From positions 1-27,033 of the forward strand of contig JAZGDH010000079.1 in assembly GCA_036477555.1 (NCBI GenBank): a DNA stretch of 27,033 nt, in the 5' to 3' direction. Below the pieces are notes generated by a model. That model searched no databases. It saw only the letters and a list, made by a program, of their open reading frames with translations, and was not told the DNA's origin. Position numbers and translations under genes: made by a program. This DNA comes from Acidobacteriota bacterium (lineage in GTDB: Bacteria; Acidobacteriota; Polarisedimenticolia; Gp22-AA2). Shown here in pieces: positions 8,513 through 16,667 of the stretch; within the stretch, counting starts at the first letter, position 1, and each line of letters starts with the position of its first letter.

Positions 8513-10365
8513 GGAGTCTCGTCCTCGTACACGAAGCCGCCTCCGCTCTCGTCGACGGTAATCCGCCGCGGTCCGTGACGCAGGCGCGCATGCCGTTGCA
8601 CCTCCAGGCGCAGGGCCACTTCATCGACCGGTCGCTCGCCGCGCCGGGCCAGCCGGATCTGCCGGATCAGCTGTCGCGTCGCGTCGGGCATCGGCCCCGT
8701 TCCGTGCTGCAGGCGGCGGCTGACTTCGACGTTGCAGATCCGATCGGTCTCGGCGGTGAGGTGCCGCGCCCCATGTTCGAGACTGAACCCGCGGTCGAGA
8801 ATGGCGGCCCGTGCCGCCGGCGTGACTTCGAGCTCGATTCCGTGGCGGTCTCGATAGCGGGTCGCAATGCGGGCGATCTCCTGATCGAGAATGCGTCCGG
8901 CCGAAGAACGGGACAGCGACGAGAAGTGAATCACCTTGAGCCGGTTGAGGAACTCGGGAGGAAGCCCGCGCGTCATGGTGCGTGCCGCGGCGGCCCGACC
9001 CGGAGCCCGCGTCCCCCTGCCTCCGTACCCGATCGCCTCGCCTCGCATCGACTCTTCGCTGTAACCGAGATTCGATGTGTAGGCGATCAGGGTGGCGGGA
9101 AAACGGAGCAGCCGGCCCTTGTTATCCATCGTCGATCCTCGATCCATGATCGACAGGAAGAAACGGGGCAGCTGCGGGTGCGCCTTTTCCACCTCATCCA
9201 CCAGCACGAACGAGAGCGGCGACATCCGCGCCTTCTCGTGAAACTCCGACAGGAGGCCCTCCTCATCGCTGCGGATGAAGCCTCGAGTTGATCCTTTCAG
9301 CTCGCTGACGTCGGAGGGATGGGTGTACTGCGGGCCTTCCAGCACGAGGAAAGGTATTTCGGTCTCCCACTCCTCCTCCAGCAGCCGGACGAGGGTCTCG
9401 ATCAGATAGTTCTTACCCACCCCGGTCGGGCCGACGAGAAGGTAGCTCTGCGGTCGTGGCCGCGGTCGTGTTCCCAGGGCGGAGACCAGCAGATCGTCAC
9501 AGAGACTGTCGACGGCGGCATCCTGATCGACCACCTCGTCCTTCAAGCGCTCGCGCAGCGCGGCGACGTCGAGCGACGAAAGAAGGATCTGGCGCTCGTA
9601 GCGGGTCAGCCTCTCACCACGTTCGAGATCGGACATGTCGTCGAGGACTCCGTCGGTGGATCCTTCCGCCGCGGCCTCCCGTGGAGCCTTCGATTCTGCC
9701 GCCGTCGTCGGCGTCAGGGCGGTCGGCTTCGGCAATTCAACTTCGCGCGTCAGGCGGGAGGCTGGAGCCTGCTCGGGAGGGAGCGACGGCAGGGCCGGCT
9801 CCCACCCGCGGAAAGCTTGAAGGACCTGAGCATAGACCCGGAAGCGGGACGCGCACTGGCGGAGAAAGATCACCTCTTCATCGATCGGCAGCCGTTCCAT
9901 GAGATTGTGATCGTAAAAGTCGCGCAGCGTCCGATCCTGAGCTAGCAGTGAAAGCACCCGGCTGGCGAGACCGTAAGAGCGTGGGCCGAGGTCGGAGAGA
10001 TCAATGCCGCGGAAGATCGTCTTGCCAGCCAGTCCGACGTCGTAGAGGCATTTGTCGCCGTAGGTTTTCAGCAGATCGGGGACGCTCCAGGCCCGCACCA
10101 TCTGCGCTTCGTCTCTGGCGGCGGTGTCTCGTGGGTCGATCAGCACCGACGGCTGCCGCTCCCCCGCAAAGATGCGGTCGAGCGTTGCCGAGTCGTAGCC
10201 CTCGGTCAGCAGGAGCGAGCTGCGCATGAGGATTTCGAGCAGATACTTCATCTCCAGCTCGTCGAGCCCCGGATCGGCCAGCGCACCCTCGGCGAGACTC
10301 CGGAGCCGAGATTCAATCTCCTCGGGTGAAAGCGGCTCTGCGAATGGTGGTGTGGTGGAACTCAT
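8509..10365 (-). CDS. Single-module Clp/Hsp100 (D2-type) AAA+ ATPase fused to an unknown N-terminal domain
   Basis: Walker A GPTGVGKN (9409-9432), Walker B VDEVEKAH, sensor-1 TSN, PEFLNR, HGAR and a ClpB-D2-small-like C-terminus. There is no D1 module or Clp-N repeat. GAGGG RBS before the ATG at 10365. Confidence 0.85.
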   Translation of the reverse strand: MSSTTPPFAEPLSPEEIESRLRSLAEGALADPGLDELEMKYLLEILMRSSLLLTEGYDSATLDRIFAGERQPSVLIDPRDTAARDEAQMVRAWSVPDLLKTYGDKCLYDVGLAGKTIFRGIDLSDLGPRSYGLASRVLSLLAQDRTLRDFYDHNLMERLPIDEEVIFLRQCASRFRVYAQVLQAFRGWEPALPSLPPEQAPASRLTREVELPKPTALTPTTAAESKAPREAAAEGSTDGVLDDMSDLERGERLTRYERQILLSSLDVAALRERLKDEVVDQDAAVDSLCDDLLVSALGTRPRPRPQSYLLVGPTGVGKNYLIETLVRLLEEEWETEIPFLVLEGPQYTHPSDVSELKGSTRGFIRSDEEGLLSEFHEKARMSPLSFVLVDEVEKAHPQLPRFFLSIMDRGSTMDNKGRLLRFPATLIAYTSNLGYSEESMRGEAIGYGGRGTRAPGRAAAARTMTRGLPPEFLNRLKVIHFSSLSRSSAGRILDQEIARIATRYRDRHGIELEVTPAARAAILDRGFSLEHGARHLTAETDRICNVEVSRRLQHGTGPMPDATRQLIRQIRLARRGERPVDEVALRLEVQRHARLRHGPRRITVDESGGGFVYEDETP

Positions 10366-10403
10366 GGCCCGTCCCTCTGCTCCATCTCTATGCGCTTGAA
10401 GGA

Positions 10404-10431
10404 ATTATAGGTTCCCCGGGGCGAGGATCAA
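10404..10431 (-). promoter_or_regulatory. Sigma70-type promoter for the AAA+ ATPase pair
   Basis: Minus strand TTGATC (10431-10426), 16 nt spacer, TATAAT (10409-10404), about 38 nt upstream of the ATG. Confidence 0.6.
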
Positions 10432-10499
10432 CCTTATTCCGGCGATTGGACGTAGGACCGCTCGGAACGCTTCAGGAGGTATCTCGGATGACAATTCTA

Positions 10500-10528
10500 T
10501 TGACATCTAACCCCAATTTTTCTACTAT
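10500..10528 (+). promoter_or_regulatory. Sigma70/sigmaA promoter of groES-groEL
   Basis: TTGACA (10500-10505), 17 nt spacer, TACTAT (10523-10528). Confidence 0.85.
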
Positions 10529-10554
10529 TAGCACTCGCCTTGGCAGAGTGCTAA
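10528..10554. promoter_or_regulatory. CIRCE element (HrcA operator), perfect consensus
   Basis: TTAGCACTC-gccttggca-GAGTGCTAA, an exact 9-N9-9 match directly after the -10 box of groESL. Confidence 0.97.
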
Positions 10555-10658
10555 CAGGGGTTCCCACAGCGAGCCGCCCCACCCCGGGGCTGGAAAAGGG
10601 GATCCGGGCGATATTCAAGCGTTTCCGTCACTACATAAGCTTAAGGAGGATCACAATC

Positions 10659-12660
<2,002 letters not shown>

Positions 12661-12722
12661 GGCATCGGCGCCCCCGCCCACGCGGCGGGAGTACCAAGCC
12701 ACAGGAGTACTGAGTCAGAAAG

Positions 12723-12754
12723 AAAGCCCCCCGGTTCAGCGGGGGGCTTTTCTT
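12723..12754. terminator. Intrinsic terminator, probably bidirectional, between groEL and the LolA-family gene
   Basis: AAAGCCCCCCG-gttcag-CGGGGGGCTTT hairpin followed by TCTT, with an A-rich run on the upstream side. Confidence 0.88.
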
Positions 12755-12773
12755 GTCTCGAGAGGAGAGGCTT

Positions 12774-13523
12774 CTAGAAACTCTGTTGACCGAGGGAGAA
12801 GCCGTTGAAGGTCTCGGAGACCTTCACGTCGGGGGGGAGATCGACGCGGAACTGATGCGCGGCGACGTCGACGTTCACACGCAGGTCGTGAAACGTCAGC
12901 AGCGTCGAATCCCCATCCTTCTCCTCATAGGCGACCTTGCGCGGCAGGAACGTGCCTTCGTCGACCCAGATCTTCATGAACGCCATGCTTTCCCGTATCT
13001 GCTTCTTTCGTGGCGTGAGGACGAGGAGGTAGGTGCCGGGCAGATCATTCGACTCGCCGAGCTGGAATTCGTAGTATTTAGCCAGGTCCTCGATCGATTG
13101 CCCGACGCCCAGAAACCGGAAGAGCCTCTTCCCGATGAACTTTTTGATCTCCACCTCTTCGGCCCGTTTCGCGGCGGGGTAGTAGGCGGTGTAACGCTTC
13201 TCGGTGATGACGAAAACCTTATGCTCGGGCTCAGTGTACTCCCAGCGCACCTGGTTGGGACGAGTGAAGAAGAATTCACCGCGCGAAATCAGCGGTTCGG
13301 CGAGAAGGTTCAAATCCTTGCGCTCGGTGAAGTTGGCAACCATGGTGTCGGTCTCGCGTTGAGCATGGTCGAACCTCTCCAGAACCATCTTCAAGGTGAA
13401 GCCTGCGGCTCCCTCAACATCAGGAGAGTTCCCCTTCTTCGCCGCCACGGCCGGCGTCGCCGCGATCAGCAGGGCACCGAAAAGCGCGACGATTACAATC
13501 CTGAAACCCTTGCAACAACTCAT
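12774..13523 (-). CDS. Outer-membrane lipoprotein carrier LolA-family protein
   Basis: Signal peptide (FRIVIVALFGALLIAATPAVAA), ANFTE, GEFFFTRPNQVRWEY, and a C-terminal FRVDLPPDV typical of the LolA fold. Start at ATG 13523 or 13538. Confidence 0.8.
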   Translation of the reverse strand: MSCCKGFRIVIVALFGALLIAATPAVAAKKGNSPDVEGAAGFTLKMVLERFDHAQRETDTMVANFTERKDLNLLAEPLISRGEFFFTRPNQVRWEYTEPEHKVFVITEKRYTAYYPAAKRAEEVEIKKFIGKRLFRFLGVGQSIEDLAKYYEFQLGESNDLPGTYLLVLTPRKKQIRESMAFMKIWVDEGTFLPRKVAYEEKDGDSTLLTFHDLRVNVDVAAHQFRVDLPPDVKVSETFNGFSLGQQSF

Positions 13524-13658
13524 GTTATGCGGCCTCATTTTGTGCGAACCTTGCTAACTTAACAAACGGGGATCGCGGCGTCAAGGAAGAGACCGATCCC
13601 GCGATTGACAGAACCGGAGGTCGCCGGGGATCATTCCCGGTTCACGGAGCGTGAATCG

Positions 13659-14576
13659 TTGAGTGGGTACTTCCTTCGCAGGATCTTCCTCGCCGTGCCG
13701 CTCCTGCTCGGCGTCGCGACGATCATATTCTCTCTCATTCACATGATCCCCGGTGACCCGGCGGAGGTGATGCTCGGCGCCGGTGCGGGCGCCGGCGACA
13801 TCGAGGACTTGAGGCATCGTCTCGGACTCGACCGTCCGCTCGGCCTGCAGTACATCGGGTTCCTGAAAGGCCTTATTCAGGGTGATCTGGGGATCTCACT
13901 ACACTACAGAGACCCGGTCTCCGGCCTTCTCGCACAACGACTCCCGGCAACCCTGCTGCTCGCGCTGGCGAGCATGATCGGGGCCGCCGCCATTTCGTTG
14001 CCGGCCGGGATCGCCTCCGCTTTGCGACCCGGAGGGGTGATCGATCGGCTCACCACGATCGGCTCCGTCGTGGCTCTCTCCATGCCCAGCTTCTGGCTCG
14101 GTCCGCTGCTCATCCTCCTGTTCGCCATTCGACTGGACTGGCTGCCTGTCTCCGGCATGCACGAACCCGGGGCGCTCATCCTCCCCGCCCTCACTCTGTC
14201 CGCGTCGATCGCGGCTCTTCTGACGCGACTGCTCCGCGCCTCCCTCCTCGAGGAAAGCGCCGCCCTTTACGTGCGAGCCGCGCAGGCCCGAGGGCTCTCC
14301 CCCACCCTCGCCGCCGTTCGCCACGCGCTGCGGAACGCCCTGCCGGTCGTCGTCACGGTGGCCGGCCTGCAGATGGGCTCTCTTCTGACCGGCGCCATCC
14401 TGACCGAGACGATCTTCTCCTGGCCGGGCCTGGGGAGACTTCTCGTGCAGGCGATTGCCTATCGCGATTATCCACTCGTCCAGGGGACCGTGCTCCTGTT
14501 CGCAGCAATCTATGTCGTCGTCAATCTGTGCGCCGATCTCACGCATGCGCTGCTCGACCCGAGGTCGGCATCGTGA
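13659..14576 (+). CDS. Peptide/nickel ABC transporter permease (DppB/OppB/NikB-like)
   Basis: PGDPAEVM, LGLDRP, GDLGISL, YVRAAQARGL, HALRNAL and TETIFSWPGLGRL...RDYPLVQG. Start likely the TTG at 13659 (the ORF track gives 13605). Confidence 0.92.
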   Translation: MSGYFLRRIFLAVPLLLGVATIIFSLIHMIPGDPAEVMLGAGAGAGDIEDLRHRLGLDRPLGLQYIGFLKGLIQGDLGISLHYRDPVSGLLAQRLPATLLLALASMIGAAAISLPAGIASALRPGGVIDRLTTIGSVVALSMPSFWLGPLLILLFAIRLDWLPVSGMHEPGALILPALTLSASIAALLTRLLRASLLEESAALYVRAAQARGLSPTLAAVRHALRNALPVVVTVAGLQMGSLLTGAILTETIFSWPGLGRLLVQAIAYRDYPLVQGTVLLFAAIYVVVNLCADLTHALLDPRSAS

Positions 14577-15406
14577 GACGCCCCCCTGCCACCCGCGCGC
14601 TCATCCCCGGCGCCGCGATCCTCGCCCTTCTGGCATTCGTCGCCGCGGCCGCCCCCTGGCTCGCCCCGGCTCCTCCCGACCGGCAGGACCTCACCCGGCG
14701 CATGGAGGGCCCCTCGGCCGAACATCCTCTGGGACAGGACGAACTGGGACGGGATCAGCTTGCGCGGCTGGTCTGGGGAGCGCGGATCTCTCTGACCACC
14801 GGTCTGCTCGTCGTTCTGCTGTCCGGGACCTTCGGCATCCTGATCGGGCTCATCTCCGGCTATGCCGGCGGGCGGACCGATGCGATTGTGATGGCGATCG
14901 TCGATCTCTTTCTCGGCTTCCCCGGCGTGCTGCTGGCGATCGCTCTGGTCGCGGTCCTCGGGCCCCGGCTGCCGAACCTGATCCTCGCGTTGTGCCTCAT
15001 CGGCTGGGTGGGATACGCACGCCTCGCGCGCGGGCAGACCCTGCGCCTGAAGAGGTTGCAGTTCGCGGAGGCGGCGCGCTCAGTCGGGGGGGGGAGGACG
15101 CGGCTTCTCTTCCGCCATATCCTCCCCAACCTCCTCGGGCCCTGCCTGGTGCAGGCAGCCCTCGGACTGGGCGGCGCCATCATGGCGGAGTCGGGGTTGT
15201 CATTCCTGGGGTTGGGGGTCCCCCCCCCGACGGCCAGCTGGGGCAGCATGCTGCACGCCGGCACTCAGAACCTGCTCGACGGCCCCCATATGACGATCGT
15301 CCCCGGAGCGGCGATCTTTCTGGCCGTCCTGGGCGCCAATCTCCTGGGTGAGGGGTTGAGGAGCAGGCTCGACCCGCGGGGCTCGATTGAGCGTCCGCTC
15401 CTTTGA
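14573..15406 (+). CDS. Peptide/nickel ABC transporter permease (DppC/OppC-like)
   Basis: HPLGQDELGRD, GARISL, EAARSVGG, RHILPN and ESGLSFLGLG...ASWG. The GTG start overlaps the upstream TGA. Confidence 0.92.
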   Translation: MRRPPATRALIPGAAILALLAFVAAAAPWLAPAPPDRQDLTRRMEGPSAEHPLGQDELGRDQLARLVWGARISLTTGLLVVLLSGTFGILIGLISGYAGGRTDAIVMAIVDLFLGFPGVLLAIALVAVLGPRLPNLILALCLIGWVGYARLARGQTLRLKRLQFAEAARSVGGGRTRLLFRHILPNLLGPCLVQAALGLGGAIMAESGLSFLGLGVPPPTASWGSMLHAGTQNLLDGPHMTIVPGAAIFLAVLGANLLGEGLRSRLDPRGSIERPLL

Positions 15407-15407
15407 C

Positions 15408-16520
15408 TCAGAGGGGGGAGTCGTTGCGCGCCGCGACGCCTTCGAGCACCCGCTGCTGGATGCGCAGCCAGTCGTCCTTGGGAACCTTCAGGAAAACCTT
15501 CACGATCTCGGGATCGAACTGCGTGCCGCTGTACTTCTCGATCTCCGCGCGCGCCGTTTCGTAGGGAAGTGCCTTGCGGTAGGGCCGATCGGATGTCATG
15601 GCGTCGAGGGTGTCGGCGACGCAGAAGATCCGCGCTCCGAGCGGGATCTCCTCCCCCTTGAGGTTGCGTGGATAGCCGGTTCCGTCAAAGCGCTCCTGGT
15701 GGCTCAGCACGATCTGGCGGGAGTTCTCCAGGAAGTTGATGCCGTGGAGGATTCGGTAACCGATCTCGGGGTGCTTACGCATCTCGACCCACTCCTCGGG
15801 CGTGAGCTTCCCCGGCTTGCGCAGGATGGCGTCCGGCACGCCGATCTTGCCGAAGTCGTGCAGGAGCGCCCCGCGGTAAATCTCGGTCAGCTCGGGGCCC
15901 TCGATTCCCAGCCGCTGGGCGATGTGCGACGTGTAGGCGGCGACGCGCAGTGAATGCCCCATGGTCTCGCTGTCGCGCGTGTCGAGCGCCGTCGCCAGCG
16001 CCTCGAGGGTCGTCTGGTACGCGTTCGCGATCCGCTGGTAGAGCTCCTCGACCTCATCATTCTTGCGCTGCAACTCGGCGGTCCGCTCCTGGACTCTGGT
16101 CTCGAGGTGGCGTTGATATTCGCGATTTTCCAGTATGAGGCGGCGTTTCTCGAGCGCGCGCTCGACGGTGATCCGCACTTCAGCCAGGTTGAACGGTTTG
16201 GTCAGATAGTCGTTCGCTCCGAGTCGGATTGAGTTGATTGCCGTATCGACATCCACCACACCGGTCAGCATGATCACTTCGGTATCGGGATGGATCTTCT
16301 TGATTTCCTGAAGGAGCGCGACGCCGTCCATCTCAGGCATGTCGATATCGCTGACCACCAGATTGAATCCGTTGCCCCGCATTTTATCCAGTGCCTCGAT
16401 GCCGTCGCACGCGATCTCACACTCATATCCGCTTGCGCCGAGCCCCTCCGACAGCACATCGCGGATGGCCTGCTCGTCGTCGACCACCAGGATTCGGCTC
16501 GGCTTTTCCATGTTCTCCAT
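15408..16520 (-). CDS. Response regulator with REC and HD-GYP domains (RpfG-like c-di-GMP phosphodiesterase)
   Basis: REC: VVDDE, SDIDMPEMDG, TG, TKPF. Coiled-coil linker. HD-GYP: ETMGH, LLHDFGK, KHPEIG, HQERFDGTGYP, ADTLDAMTSDRPYRKA. Confidence 0.93.
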   Translation of the reverse strand: MENMEKPSRILVVDDEQAIRDVLSEGLGASGYECEIACDGIEALDKMRGNGFNLVVSDIDMPEMDGVALLQEIKKIHPDTEVIMLTGVVDVDTAINSIRLGANDYLTKPFNLAEVRITVERALEKRRLILENREYQRHLETRVQERTAELQRKNDEVEELYQRIANAYQTTLEALATALDTRDSETMGHSLRVAAYTSHIAQRLGIEGPELTEIYRGALLHDFGKIGVPDAILRKPGKLTPEEWVEMRKHPEIGYRILHGINFLENSRQIVLSHQERFDGTGYPRNLKGEEIPLGARIFCVADTLDAMTSDRPYRKALPYETARAEIEKYSGTQFDPEIVKVFLKVPKDDWLRIQQRVLEGVAARNDSPL

Positions 16521-16596
16521 GCGGGTCGCTCCAGCGGCGGGGCGGGTACGAGCGGTCCGTCACCGCACGACCCCCCGAATTACCTCGACACGAATC

Positions 16597-16624
16597 AATT
16601 TAAGTAAAAAATGGTGTGTGTCAA
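16597..16624 (-). promoter_or_regulatory. Sigma70-type promoter for the REC/HD-GYP gene
   Basis: Minus strand TTGACA (16624-16619), 16 nt spacer, TAAATT (16602-16597), in an AT-rich intergenic patch. Confidence 0.55.
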
Positions 16625-16667
16625 TCACGGAGAACCGTCAAAAAATGCCTGTGCCTCAAGCAGAATT

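Noticed and set aside
9115-9150. DRGS in the single-module ATPase where ClpB has DDGR, first read as a lost arginine finger (torsin-like)
   Set aside because: The ClpB D2 arginine finger is the Arg of PEF(I/L)NR, which is retained at 8941-8943. Only the Walker A is torsin-like.
10326-10658. Apparent 111-aa N-terminal extension of GroES in the ORF track; similar extensions of glyA (21110), the GT9 gene (1887) and the kinase (5149)
   Set aside because: For GroES the extension runs through the promoter and CIRCE. In each case homology begins at a downstream start, most with a clear RBS.
12673-12710. Small CCCGCC/GGCGGG hairpin and a repeated GGAGTAC after groEL
   Set aside because: Too short to support a repeat family or sRNA, and the adjacent terminator explains the region.
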